In this document: positions 40,596-50,223 of the stretch, one piece after another
Numbering within the stretch: the first letter of the stretch is position 1
Layout of the letters: each line of letters opens with the position of its first letter
From: Actinomycetota bacterium
Lineage (GTDB): Bacteria; Actinomycetota; Geothermincolia; Geothermincolales; RBG-13-55-18
NCBI GenBank assembly: GCA_040757835.1
Contig: JBFLWJ010000008.1
Span: 58,464-122,463, forward strand
Length of the DNA stretch: 64,000 nucleotides
Reading direction: 5' to 3'
Position numbers and translations under genes: made by a program
Notes under the pieces: model-generated
What the model saw: only the letters and a program-made list of their open reading frames with translations
Database searches by the model: none
Told to the model about the DNA's origin: nothing

Positions 40596-41569
40596 CGCTC
40601 ACCCCCCGCGAAGACGAGGCCCGCGTCGTCCTCGGGGGAGGGCTCCTCGCTCTCCTCGGCGAAGGCGCAGGCCCGCGCGATCTCCTCCTCCACCTCCGAG
40701 CGGATGCGCTCAAGTTGTGCGGTGGAAGACAGCCCCTCTTCTATGCAGCGGCGCTCCAAGAGCGCTATGGGGTCATGGGCGGGGAACGTGGCCTTCTCCT
40801 CCGCGCTGCGGTAATCATCATCGTCGTCCTCGAAGTGGCCGTGCCAGCGGCAGGTGGTGGCCTCCAGCAGCGTCGGGCCTCCTCCGCTCCGAGCGCGCTC
40901 CACCGCCCAGGACGCGGCGAGAAAGACCTCCATGACGTCGTCGCCGTTCACGGTGATGCCCGGCATTTCGTAAGCTTCCGCCCGCCTGGAGATGCGCCCT
41001 ATGGACTGGTGCGCCCTCTGGGGAGTCGAAAAACCGTATCCGTTGTTCTCACACACGAAGACTACCGGGAGCTTCCAGGTGGCGGCCAGGTTCAGGCCCT
41101 CGTGGAAGGTGCCCTGGTTTGAGGCCCCGTCCCCGAAGAAACAGACCGCCACCTGGTCGGTCCCCCGCATCCTGGCCGACAGGGCGGCACCCGGGGCTAT
41201 CACCAGACCGGCCCCCACGATACCGTTGGCCCCCAGCCCGCCCACCTCCACCGAGGTGATGTGCATGGAACCTCCGCGCCCCCGGCAGTACCCGGCCTCC
41301 TTGCCCTTCAATTCGGCCATCATCCTGTCCGTGCGGGCCCCCTTGGCGATGAGATGTCCGTGCCCGCGGTGGGTGCTGACGATATAGTCGTCCTCGCGCA
41401 GGGCGGCGCATACCCCGGCCGGCACGGCCTCCTGGCCCACGGAGAGGTGGATCATGAAACCCGGCACCATGCCCGTACGGGCGTATTCGCTCACCTTCTC
41501 CTCGAAGCCGCGGATGGTGTACATGGTCTTGTACAGGCGTATGACCAGTTCTTCAGAAAACTCCGGCAT
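40592..41569 (-). CDS. TPP-dependent 2-oxoacid/acetoin dehydrogenase E1 component, alpha subunit
   Basis: GDGASNQG...NNGYG TPP-binding motif. 325 aa. No E2 or E3 gene adjacent. Confidence 0.8.
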   Translation of the reverse strand: MPEFSEELVIRLYKTMYTIRGFEEKVSEYARTGMVPGFMIHLSVGQEAVPAGVCAALREDDYIVSTHRGHGHLIAKGARTDRMMAELKGKEAGYCRGRGGSMHITSVEVGGLGANGIVGAGLVIAPGAALSARMRGTDQVAVCFFGDGASNQGTFHEGLNLAATWKLPVVFVCENNGYGFSTPQRAHQSIGRISRRAEAYEMPGITVNGDDVMEVFLAASWAVERARSGGGPTLLEATTCRWHGHFEDDDDDYRSAEEKATFPAHDPIALLERRCIEEGLSSTAQLERIRSEVEEEIARACAFAEESEEPSPEDDAGLVFAGGER

Positions 41570-41726
41570 CTCCCCCTCCTTTAACCTGTTACCGTGTCGC
41601 GGCGTACCGAATAACGTACTGGGTCATGATATCGGGTTGACTGCGTGGACCTTGGGAACGCATATATTATACCGCCTGCTGAGGGAATAATATCGTGTGT
41701 GCATTTAATAGAAAGGGTGATCGACC

Positions 41727-42083
41727 ATGAAGATCAGATATGCCACCATGGCTGTTGCGGACATGGATGAGTCGACCAGGTTCTACACGGAAGTCTTGGG
41801 ACTTGAAGTAGAAAGCCGGCACAATCCCCGCCCTGGGTTGACGATCACGTTATTGAAGGGGGAAGGGGATGCGATGATAGAACTCATAGAGGATACCGAG
41901 AATCCCCGAGAAACAGGCCTGTTTTCGGTGGGAATGGAAGTCGAAGACATACGCGCCACAGTGGAGGAACTCAGATCTAAAGGGGCCAAGATCACCATGG
42001 AACCCATACCGATAACCGTTGGGACCCTTGCTTTCCTGGAAGACCCGAACGGGGCCCAGATAGCGTTGATCCAGCACCACTGA
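41727..42083 (+). CDS. VOC-family (glyoxalase/bleomycin-resistance fold) protein
   Basis: 118 aa with the paired beta-alpha-beta-beta-beta modules typical of VOC proteins ([21 protein letters not shown]...). Confidence 0.65.
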   Translation: MKIRYATMAVADMDESTRFYTEVLGLEVESRHNPRPGLTITLLKGEGDAMIELIEDTENPRETGLFSVGMEVEDIRATVEELRSKGAKITMEPIPITVGTLAFLEDPNGAQIALIQHH

Positions 42084-42160
42084 AGCCACGGAATCTTCGG
42101 CTATTTCTTCGCCTGCCATTTTCATAAAGACAAAATGCTGGTCGCGATGATCAGGGTCAG

Positions 42161-42332
42161 GGCCCGTCCTGCCCGAAAGGCGGTGTGCTTTGCCGCAAGC
42201 CCCCTGGGTCTTAACTCGGCTCCCTTTGCTAAGACACTGTTTTACTGGAAATATGCCTTTTGGAATAGAATATGCCTGGAGCTACCCGAGAAAGGCCGAT
42301 CTTGCGGCTGTGTCCAACTTGTGCCCATTTCC
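42161..42332 (+). repeat. intergenic repeat family copy A (box1 ggcccgtcctgcccgaaaggcggtgtgctt; box2 gctgtgtccaacttgtgcccatttcc)
   Basis: Two conserved boxes about 125 bp apart, shared with copies at 53527, 54296 and 56450. The 30-bp box1 is identical to copy B. Confidence 0.75.
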
Positions 42333-42377
42333 GGAGAGTGGGAATTGCCTTCATCGCCATTGAAAGCTGCGCAACCG

Positions 42378-43220
42378 TTACAAGTCGGTTCTCTTAAGGC
42401 CTTTCAAGATCTGCTCTATCTGATCCAGGCATTCCTGCTTATCGTAGTTGCCGAACATGTGATATAACTCGGCCATGTATTCCCCTATTCCCATGAATGC
42501 GAAACCCAGGATCTCGGGGTTGGCATCTTCCTTTATCTCCCCCTGTTCCACTGCTTGTCTGATATCCCATATGACCGGCTGCACGATATAGTTGAGGCTC
42601 TCCTTATACTTCTCCACAAAGGTCTGGTTGTCGGAAACGGCTATCCCTCTCAGTTGGTTCATCATGTCCCGCCATTTGGGATAGGCGTCGATGAAAGCAT
42701 CCCCCCTCTTGAGCAGTCGGGGGACTGCCTCCTTTTCCTGCCTGATCCCATCCCATACCTCGTTGAACATCTGGTGGAATATATAGTCCGTGCATTCCAG
42801 GAACAACTCCTCCTTATTGTTGAAATACGTGTAGAACGTGGACTTGCTCATCTGTAACTCGCCGACGATATCCTGGATGCTGACCTTATCGTAACCCTTC
42901 TGCGTGAAGAGCTTCGCCGTTGTATGTATTATCTCTTGCCTCCTGTCGATAGATTTGCCCTTGTTTTCCGGCTGCGATTTCTCCGCCTCAAAACGAGCCA
43001 GCTCATCCTTGATGAACCTTATCGGCATCTTCTCCTCTTCCCGCAGTTTCCTTATAAGCTCGAGCCTCTTCACCTCCTCCTCGGTGTAATAGGCCATGGT
43101 CTTTCCGGTCCGCACATGGGGGGCTATCAGGCCCTCCCTTACGTAATACCTTATGGTGGATTTGGGGATGCCCGTCGATTTCTCGAGCTCGCTTATGGTC
43201 AGGTATTTATGCTTTTCCAA
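42378..43220 (-). CDS. dual-HTH transcriptional regulator (N-terminal MerR-type HTH fused to TetR-type HTH/ligand domain)
   Basis: LTISELEKSTGIPKSTIRYYVREGLI (MerR HTH) followed by RRQEIIHTTAKLFTQKGYDKVSIQDIVGELQMSKSTFYTYFNNKEELF (TetR HTH). GC content is markedly lower than the surroundings. Confidence 0.6.
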   Translation of the reverse strand: MEKHKYLTISELEKSTGIPKSTIRYYVREGLIAPHVRTGKTMAYYTEEEVKRLELIRKLREEEKMPIRFIKDELARFEAEKSQPENKGKSIDRRQEIIHTTAKLFTQKGYDKVSIQDIVGELQMSKSTFYTYFNNKEELFLECTDYIFHQMFNEVWDGIRQEKEAVPRLLKRGDAFIDAYPKWRDMMNQLRGIAVSDNQTFVEKYKESLNYIVQPVIWDIRQAVEQGEIKEDANPEILGFAFMGIGEYMAELYHMFGNYDKQECLDQIEQILKGLKRTDL

Positions 43221-43394
43221 TTCGACTCCTCACAACAGACAATGACTATACTTATTTAAGAGCTATATGCACTGTAAAGTCAAGCGCTAAATACTATCTA
43301 GACAGATGGGAAAGTAAGTAAATTACCATATAGAATGGGGTTTAAAAGCAGTAAACAATGCCCTTGACATATAGCCAAAGCTCTTATAAACTAC

Positions 43395-43430
43395 AGTAAT
43401 GTACCGTACCGTACTATTTATAGTACATGG
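43395..43430. promoter_or_regulatory. operator-like site in the divergent promoter: GTACC direct repeats plus the 7-2-7 inverted repeat GTACTATttATAGTAC
   Basis: atgtaccgtaccgtactatttatagtacatgg lies in an AT-rich region between the regulator gene and the thiolase operon. Confidence 0.4.
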
Positions 43431-43489
43431 AATTACCCGAAATTGCCGGTTATTTTCGAAGGTTTCACGCCGGAGGGAAGGAGGCCCAC

Positions 43490-44692
43490 ATGGAAAAGGG
43501 CGAATTCGCTATCATCGGCACCGGCGAGGTGCCCTGCGGCAACTACCCCGCGCGCTCGGAGTTCGAGATCGCGTACACCGTGGCCCGGGATGCCATCCGC
43601 GATGCGGGGATCGACAAGGACGAGATAGGGGCGGTGGTCTGCGCGCAGCACATCATGTCCAATCCCGACAACGACTACAACACGGAGATGGTCTTCGGGC
43701 GCCTCCCCGAGGCCATCGGCGCCAGGGGCTGCAAGATAACCTGCATGACCTCGTCGGGGGGCGCATCCAGCTTCTCGCTCAGGAAGACCGCGGAGGGCAT
43801 ACTCAGCTCTGGAGAGACGGACACGGTGCTCGTGGTGCACGCTCAGCGCTTCTCGACCTTCACCCCCAACGAGCAGGCCAAGTATTTCTCAATCGCCGGT
43901 TCGGATGTGGAGTGGGAGGTCCCATACGGGATGACCTACAACGCGCTGGCGGCTATGGTCACCCAGGGATACATGGCCTACACGGGCACCACTATGGAGC
44001 AGGTGGCCGCGGTGTGCGTGGCCAACCGCAAATGGGCCATGCTGCAGCCCAACGCCATGTTCAACCAGAAGGAGATCACGGTGGAGAAGGTGCTCTCCAG
44101 CCGCATGGTGGCCTATCCACTCACCGCCTTCATGTGCAACGTGCTGGGGGACGGGGGCACCGCCTTCGTCATGACCACGGCTGAGAAGGCTAGAATGGTT
44201 TCCGACCGTCCGGTATATATCCTCAGCGATTCCTCCAGCTATTCCCACCGCACCATCACGAGGTCGAAGTCCAGGGACCTGGGCAAGATGGGCGAGAACA
44301 TGGCACCGGTTGCCAACGCCGCCTACGAGAGAGCCGGCCTGGGGCCTGAGGACATGGACATCTACCAGGTCTACGGTTCTTACCCCACCCTGCAACTCAT
44401 CGTCATGGACGCCCTGGGCATCTGCGAGCCGGGGAAGTCGGGCGCCCTGGTGGAATCCGGCGAGACCTCGCCCGGCGGCAAGTACCCGGTGACCACCAAC
44501 GGGGAGGCTCTCTCCTTCGGGCATACAGGGACCGGGGTGGGCATCGCCCTCCTGGCCGAGTCGGTGCGGCAGCTCCAGGGCAAAGCGGGCAAGGCCCAGG
44601 TGGAGGGGGCGAAGTTCCTCATCGAGAACACCGGCGGCGGCGCCTTCATGGACTGCCACTTCACCGTCCTGGGCAGCGAGATACCTGGTTGA
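43490..44692 (+). CDS. SCP-x-type thiolase-like protein (lipid-transfer protein)
   Basis: Thiolase fold with a Cys-containing N-terminal region (IIGTGEVPCGNY), C-terminal GHTGTGVG and NTGGG. RBS GAAGGAGG. Confidence 0.75.
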   Translation: MEKGEFAIIGTGEVPCGNYPARSEFEIAYTVARDAIRDAGIDKDEIGAVVCAQHIMSNPDNDYNTEMVFGRLPEAIGARGCKITCMTSSGGASSFSLRKTAEGILSSGETDTVLVVHAQRFSTFTPNEQAKYFSIAGSDVEWEVPYGMTYNALAAMVTQGYMAYTGTTMEQVAAVCVANRKWAMLQPNAMFNQKEITVEKVLSSRMVAYPLTAFMCNVLGDGGTAFVMTTAEKARMVSDRPVYILSDSSSYSHRTITRSKSRDLGKMGENMAPVANAAYERAGLGPEDMDIYQVYGSYPTLQLIVMDALGICEPGKSGALVESGETSPGGKYPVTTNGEALSFGHTGTGVGIALLAESVRQLQGKAGKAQVEGAKFLIENTGGGAFMDCHFTVLGSEIPG

Positions 44693-44746
44693 GCAGGAGG
44701 CGGCGGCAAGAACGTGTTGATCTGAAGATATTAGGAGGATCGTGAG

Positions 44747-45205
44747 ATGAGCGAAGAAAAGGTGAGCATCAAGGACCTGCTGGGCCTTTCCGACGAGGAG
44801 ATGCGGAAGCCGCTGCCCGTCCCGACCAAGTGGTCGCAGCCCTTCTGGGACGCGGCGAAGGAGCACCGTCTTGTCCTCAAGAAATGCTCCGCGTGCGGCA
44901 ATATCGACCACCCGCCCTACCTGTACTGCACTGCCTGCCAGGCGGACGAGCATGAATGGATCGAGGCTTCGGGCAAGGCGACCCTCTACTCATATGCCGT
45001 GAACCACTTCGGGGTGCCCTTCCCCTTCTGGGATGATATGCCGTATGTCCTGGCCATGGTCGACCTCCCGGAAGGTGTGCGCATGATCTCCAACATCGTT
45101 GAGTGCGACCTCGAAAAGCTCGTAAACGGCATGGAGCTGGAGGTGGTCTTCGAGGAAGTTTCCGGCGATATCACCTTGCCCAAATGGAAGCCGGCCAAAA
45201 AGTAG
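44747..45205 (+). CDS. DUF35 OB-fold/zinc-ribbon protein (thiolase partner)
   Basis: CSACGNIDHPPYLYCTACQ rubredoxin-like zinc ribbon followed by an OB-fold. The canonical partner of SCP-x thiolases. Confidence 0.7.
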   Translation: MSEEKVSIKDLLGLSDEEMRKPLPVPTKWSQPFWDAAKEHRLVLKKCSACGNIDHPPYLYCTACQADEHEWIEASGKATLYSYAVNHFGVPFPFWDDMPYVLAMVDLPEGVRMISNIVECDLEKLVNGMELEVVFEEVSGDITLPKWKPAKK

Positions 45206-45227
45206 ACGGCGCGAGAAAGGAGCGGGT

Positions 45228-46022
45228 ATGCAAGATTATCAATACCTCATCTACGAGATAGAAGAGGATATCGGGAAGATAACCCTGAACCGACCCAAGA
45301 AGCGCAACGCCCTCAACGCGGAGCTCATCGCCGAGCTCAAGGACGCGGTGCCGCGCATGAACGCGGAGCCCGAGGTACGCTGCGCCATCATCACCGGCGC
45401 CGGCGAGAAAGCATTCTGCGCCGGCGCGGACCTCCCCATCTTCGACACCCTGCAGGAGGTCGAGAAGGCCTACGCGTACCTTCGCAACGACGGCGGGACC
45501 ATCACCCGTGCCCTGGAGACGGCGGAGTTTCCGTGGATAGCGGCGGTGAAGGGTGCCTGCGTGGCGGGCGGATTGGAGCTGGCCTTGTGCTGCGACATGA
45601 TCGTGGCGGGCGAGAACTCCTTGTTCGGCGTGCTTGAGATAAACATCGGGCTGCTTCCCGGGTGGGGAGGTACCGTGCGCCTGCCCAGGGCTATACCGGT
45701 GCGCAAGGCCAAGGAGCTTCTCCTCACCGGGGCCATGATCGACGCCCAGGAGGCGTACCGCCTGGGATTGCTGAACAAGGTGGTCGCGGTGGAAAAGGTG
45801 GAGGAAGAGGCCATGAACATGGCGCGCAGCGTCGCCTCCAAGTCAAAGGCGGCCGTACGCGCCGGGATGAACATCGTCAACAACTCGCTGGCATGTGCCT
45901 CCATAGACGCCGCCCTGGCCCTGGAGCGTGGCACCATCATGACCCTGGTCGGCGCGGAGGAGACGCGCAAGTACCTGGAGCCGGCCATCCGCATGATGCA
46001 GGACATGGAGAAGAAGGACTGA
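45228..46022 (+). CDS. enoyl-CoA hydratase/isomerase (crotonase family)
   Basis: ITLNRPKKRNALN...GAGEKAFCAGADL...AAVKGACVAGGLELALCCD crotonase motifs. Confidence 0.85.
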   Translation: MQDYQYLIYEIEEDIGKITLNRPKKRNALNAELIAELKDAVPRMNAEPEVRCAIITGAGEKAFCAGADLPIFDTLQEVEKAYAYLRNDGGTITRALETAEFPWIAAVKGACVAGGLELALCCDMIVAGENSLFGVLEINIGLLPGWGGTVRLPRAIPVRKAKELLLTGAMIDAQEAYRLGLLNKVVAVEKVEEEAMNMARSVASKSKAAVRAGMNIVNNSLACASIDAALALERGTIMTLVGAEETRKYLEPAIRMMQDMEKKD

Positions 46023-46035
46023 GAAGGGAGCGTAT

Positions 46036-47196
46036 ATGGACTTCTTGCTGACGGAGGAACAGAAGATGCTCCGGGAAACGTTCCGTGAGTTCTGCCGGAA
46101 AGAGATCACCAAGGAGTATGTGCGGTGGCTGGACGAGAACTGCGACTTCCCCCCCCAGGACATGGTCGAGAAGATTGCGGACCTCGGGTTCTTCGGTATC
46201 TCCATCCCTGAAGAATATGGAGGAGCGGGCGCGGGCATGTTCGACCTCTGCGTGGCCCTGGAGGAGCTGGCCACGGCGAGCGTCGCCATGGCCATATCCA
46301 TGGGGCTCACGCCCGCCTTCGGCGGCAGGCCCGTTGCCGAGCTCGGCACGGAGGAGCAGAAGCGGACGTACCTCCCGCCGATCGCCGAGGGGAAGGAGAA
46401 GTGGTGCATGGCCCTGACGGAGCCCGCCGGGGGAACCGATATCCTGGGCGCCATCGCCACCACCGCTGAAAGGGACGGGGACGAATACGTGGTGAACGGC
46501 GCGAAGATGTTCATCTCCGGTGCCCACGTGGCGGACTGGATACTGCTGGTCGCCATCACCGACAAGGAAGTCAAACGCTCGAAGGGCCTCTCCGTCTTCA
46601 TCGTCGATGCCCGCAGCCCAGGCATCACCATCAACCTCGTCCGCAAGGTCGGCATACACGCCTGCGGCACCACGGAGATATTCTTCGAGGACGTGAGGGT
46701 CCCGGCGGCCAACCTGCTGGGGACCGAGAACATGGGCTGGTACCACATCCTGGGGACCCTGAACCCGGAACGTATCGGGACCTCCATGCTCTCGCTGGGT
46801 ATCGCCAAGGCGGCCTTCGACGACGCCCTGCAGTACGCCAAGGAGCGCACGGCCTTCGGCAAGCCCATCGGGCAGTTCCAGATCATCCAGTATTACCTGG
46901 CGGATATCGCCATCGAGATCGAGAACGCCCGCAACCTCATCTACAAGTGCGCGTGGCTCTGCGACGCGGGGGAACGCTTCGACGTGGAGGCCACCATGGC
47001 CAAGATCGTGGCCTGCCGCGCCTCGGAGAAGGCGGCCCTCCACGGCATGGAGATATTCGGCGGGTACGGTTTCACCATGGAATACGATATGCAGCGGCAC
47101 TTCCGGGACTACAAGCAGATGATGTTCAGCCCCATCTCCGACGAGATGAGCATGAACTATATCGCTCAGAGCTGCGGCCTGCCTAAATCATATTGA
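46036..47196 (+). CDS. acyl-CoA dehydrogenase
   Basis: ACAD fold with ALTEPAGGTD and C-terminal IFGGYGFTMEYDMQRHFRD. Confidence 0.85.
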   Translation: MDFLLTEEQKMLRETFREFCRKEITKEYVRWLDENCDFPPQDMVEKIADLGFFGISIPEEYGGAGAGMFDLCVALEELATASVAMAISMGLTPAFGGRPVAELGTEEQKRTYLPPIAEGKEKWCMALTEPAGGTDILGAIATTAERDGDEYVVNGAKMFISGAHVADWILLVAITDKEVKRSKGLSVFIVDARSPGITINLVRKVGIHACGTTEIFFEDVRVPAANLLGTENMGWYHILGTLNPERIGTSMLSLGIAKAAFDDALQYAKERTAFGKPIGQFQIIQYYLADIAIEIENARNLIYKCAWLCDAGERFDVEATMAKIVACRASEKAALHGMEIFGGYGFTMEYDMQRHFRDYKQMMFSPISDEMSMNYIAQSCGLPKSY

Positions 47197-47226
47197 GACT
47201 GCTGAGGGAAAAAGGAGGGGACCTGG

Positions 47227-48783
47227 ATGTATACATTAGGGGATGTGCCAAGAAAAGGGAATACGCTCTATCCACACAAGGAGGCGATGGTCTTCGGGGA
47301 TGTCAGGATCACCTACGCGCAGATGGAGGAACGGGTGAACCGCCTCACCAATGCCATCCTGGGCCTCGGATTCAAGAAGGGCGACCGCCTGACCATACTC
47401 GCAGAGAACACTTTCAAATACATGGAGGTCTATTTCGCGGCAGGTAAAGCCGGGATGAGCGTCACCCCACTGAACTTCCGCCTTTCCGACGGGGAGATCG
47501 TCCATATCGTCAACGACAGCGAGGCTGTCCTCCATCTGGCAGGCGAAGGGTATGAGGAGCGGTCGCTCGGCTTGAAGAAGGAGCTCGAGAAGATCAGGGG
47601 ATGGATATCGCTGGACAAGGAAAGCGAAGGCTACCTCTACTACGAGGACCTCCTTTCCGGTGCCTCACCCGACGATCCCTGGATCGATGTGGACGAGGAC
47701 GAGATGGCGATACTCATGTACACGGGGGGCACCACCGGGCTCCCCAAGGGGGTCATGCTCTCCCACCGCAACCTGATGACCGCGGCCTACGGCTGCATCC
47801 TGGTGTCGGGCTTCGATGCCGACGACGCCACCTGCTTCGTCCTGCCCCTGTTCCATATCTCCCTGTGGCCTGCCCTGTGCCTGCTCATGATGGGGGGCAA
47901 GGTGGTCATAATGCCCCGGCCAGACCTGGTGGAGATATTGCGGCTGATCCAGGACGAGAAGTGCACGCATATCAACCTCGTACCCACCATCTACGGCTGG
48001 CTCCTGAACCTCCCCCAGGTCGATGAGTACGACCTCTCCAGCCTGAGGATCATGACCTATGCCGGGAGCCCCTTCCCGCCCGATGTGCTCAAGCGGTGCA
48101 TCAACAAGTTCGGCAACATCTTCGCGCAGGGGTACGGGCTGACCGAGGCGGCGCCGGTGGTTTCATTTCTCATACCCGAGGACCACGTGCTCGAGGGGGA
48201 TGAAAGGCTTACCAGGCGGCTTACCAGCGCCGGCAAGGAGGCCCACGTGGTGGAGGCCAGGGTGGTGGATGAGAACGACGAGCCGGTCAAGGTGGGCGAG
48301 ATCGGAGAGATCGTGGCCCGCGGCAGGAACATCATGATGGGCTACTGGAAGAACCCCGAGCTCACGGCGCAGGTGCTCAGGGGCGGCTGGCTGCATACCG
48401 GCGACATGGGCACGGTCGACGAGGACGGATACATATACCTCATGGACCGCAAGGCGGACATGATCATCACCGGCGGCGAGAACGTCTATCCCAAGGAGGT
48501 CGAGGACGTGCTCTACGAGCACCCGGCGGTACTGGAAGCCGCGGTGGTGTCCGCGCCGGACGAGAGGTGGGGAGAGAAGGTCCAGGCGGTGGTCGCCCTG
48601 AAGGAGGGGGCCTCCGCCAGCGAGGAGGAGCTCATCGCTCACTGCAAGAAGGGTCTCGCCGGTTATAAATGCCCTAAAGCCGTGCAGATATGGGATTCCC
48701 TTCCCAAGACCCCGATCGGAAAGATCGTCAGAAAGGATATAAAGAAAGCTTTCTGGGGCGACCAGGAAAAGAAAATCGGATAA
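47227..48783 (+). CDS. AMP-dependent acyl-CoA synthetase/ligase
   Basis: AMP-binding motif MYTGGTTGLPKGV, a C-terminal GWLHTGD segment and the conserved Lys region (PKTPIGKIVRK). Confidence 0.85.
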   Translation: MYTLGDVPRKGNTLYPHKEAMVFGDVRITYAQMEERVNRLTNAILGLGFKKGDRLTILAENTFKYMEVYFAAGKAGMSVTPLNFRLSDGEIVHIVNDSEAVLHLAGEGYEERSLGLKKELEKIRGWISLDKESEGYLYYEDLLSGASPDDPWIDVDEDEMAILMYTGGTTGLPKGVMLSHRNLMTAAYGCILVSGFDADDATCFVLPLFHISLWPALCLLMMGGKVVIMPRPDLVEILRLIQDEKCTHINLVPTIYGWLLNLPQVDEYDLSSLRIMTYAGSPFPPDVLKRCINKFGNIFAQGYGLTEAAPVVSFLIPEDHVLEGDERLTRRLTSAGKEAHVVEARVVDENDEPVKVGEIGEIVARGRNIMMGYWKNPELTAQVLRGGWLHTGDMGTVDEDGYIYLMDRKADMIITGGENVYPKEVEDVLYEHPAVLEAAVVSAPDERWGEKVQAVVALKEGASASEEELIAHCKKGLAGYKCPKAVQIWDSLPKTPIGKIVRKDIKKAFWGDQEKKIG

Positions 48784-48800
48784 GGATTCAGGAGGTTATC

Positions 48801-50165
48801 ATGGCTAAGAAAGACAATCCCTTCAAAAACCTGCTCAAGCCGATCAAGATCGGTCCGGTCGAGCTCAAGCACCGTATGGTGCTGGCTCCAATGAACGACA
48901 CCCTGTCCGGCCACAATGGCGAGGCGACTGAGCAGATGATCTCCTATTACGCCGCGCGGGCTAAGGGCGGGGCGGCAATGGTCATCACCGGCGCGATCAT
49001 GGGGACAAAACTGGCATCGCAATTCGTATGGGGGCGCAACCTGTACTGTTTCCATCCCGGGCACATCCAGGGGCTGAAGCTGCTGACCGACCGCATCCAT
49101 TATTTCGGTTCGAACGCCTGCGCCCAGATCACCATCGGGTTCGGACGCCAGGGACATTCCGCCGACCACCACGAGCTCGCTCCCGCTGCCACCGGGGGCC
49201 TTCCTTATGAGATAGCGCTCGAAAAAGGCCCCAAGGCCATCGAGATCTCCTGGAGGAACATCGAGCATCCCCGCTCCTTCCTGGTGGGCCAGATGACCCG
49301 GGAGATGACCATCGACGAGATCCACAGCGAACAGAAGGAGTTCGCCCGCAGCTGCCAGTTGCTGGTCATCGCCGGGTTCGATGCCATCGAGATCCACGCG
49401 CCGCACGGATACCTCGAGCACCAGTTCCTGTCGCCCTTCTCCAACAAGCGGACGGACATGTACGGGGGGGAATGGAGAAACCGCAAGCGCTTCCTGAACG
49501 AGGTCACCGAACAGGTACGTTATGCGGTAGGCTCGGGCGTCGCCCTGGGGGTGCGCATCAGTGCCGAGGAGCACATGGAGGGAGGTCTTACCCGCGAGGA
49601 GATGATCGACGTCGGTAGAGACCTCGAGGAACGCGGTATCGATTACCTGAGCCTCTCCGACGGCGGCGGATACGAGGAGGGCGGGCACCTCGTCCCCGAC
49701 AAAGACCGGGCCAAGCATATTCCTGAACACGGCAGGGACTTCAAGAAGGCCATCAAGATCCCGGTGATGGTCGCCTCCCAGCACGACCCGGTCAAGGCGG
49801 ACAAGGATATCGGGGACGGGATGTTCGATCTCTCGGCCCTGGGACGCCAGCTGTTCATCGACCCCGAGTACCCCAACAAGGTAACGGAGAACCGCCCCGA
49901 TGATATCAACAGGTGCCGTTACTGCCACACCTGTCTTGGCATATCCCTGGCCGGGGCCGGTATCGCATGTCCGTACAACCCGGAACTGGGCCGTGAGTAC
50001 GCCAACCCGGAGTACATGATCGGACCACGCGCGGAACACGAGATCATCATCCCGCGCGGCATGCTCGCCGGTGACATGCCGGCCTTGGACCGGCCCTGGT
50101 GGAAGCCGGAATATCCGGTTATCGAGAAGGCCTGGAGACCTTTCCGCGGCCCGGGCAAGAGATAG
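48801..50165 (+). CDS. NADH:flavin oxidoreductase, Old Yellow Enzyme family (enoate/2,4-dienoyl-CoA reductase-like, with C-terminal Cys cluster)
   Basis: FKNLLKPIKIGPVELKHRMVLAPM N-terminus, HAPHGYLEHQFLSP active-site region and C-terminal CRYCHTCLG...CPYN cysteines. Confidence 0.75.
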   Translation: MAKKDNPFKNLLKPIKIGPVELKHRMVLAPMNDTLSGHNGEATEQMISYYAARAKGGAAMVITGAIMGTKLASQFVWGRNLYCFHPGHIQGLKLLTDRIHYFGSNACAQITIGFGRQGHSADHHELAPAATGGLPYEIALEKGPKAIEISWRNIEHPRSFLVGQMTREMTIDEIHSEQKEFARSCQLLVIAGFDAIEIHAPHGYLEHQFLSPFSNKRTDMYGGEWRNRKRFLNEVTEQVRYAVGSGVALGVRISAEEHMEGGLTREEMIDVGRDLEERGIDYLSLSDGGGYEEGGHLVPDKDRAKHIPEHGRDFKKAIKIPVMVASQHDPVKADKDIGDGMFDLSALGRQLFIDPEYPNKVTENRPDDINRCRYCHTCLGISLAGAGIACPYNPELGREYANPEYMIGPRAEHEIIIPRGMLAGDMPALDRPWWKPEYPVIEKAWRPFRGPGKR

Positions 50166-50223
50166 GGAGGATACCGGCAAGAGTCGGGGGCTGTTAATCG
50201 CCTCAGGATAAAAGGAGTAGATC

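Noticed and set aside
42135-42467. ORFs 42135..42467 and 53384..53617 sharing the peptide ARPARKAVCF
   Set aside because: The shared peptide is the translation of the 30-bp DNA repeat. Repeat copies C and D vary at positions that would break the frame. There is no RBS. These are probably non-coding repeat DNA.
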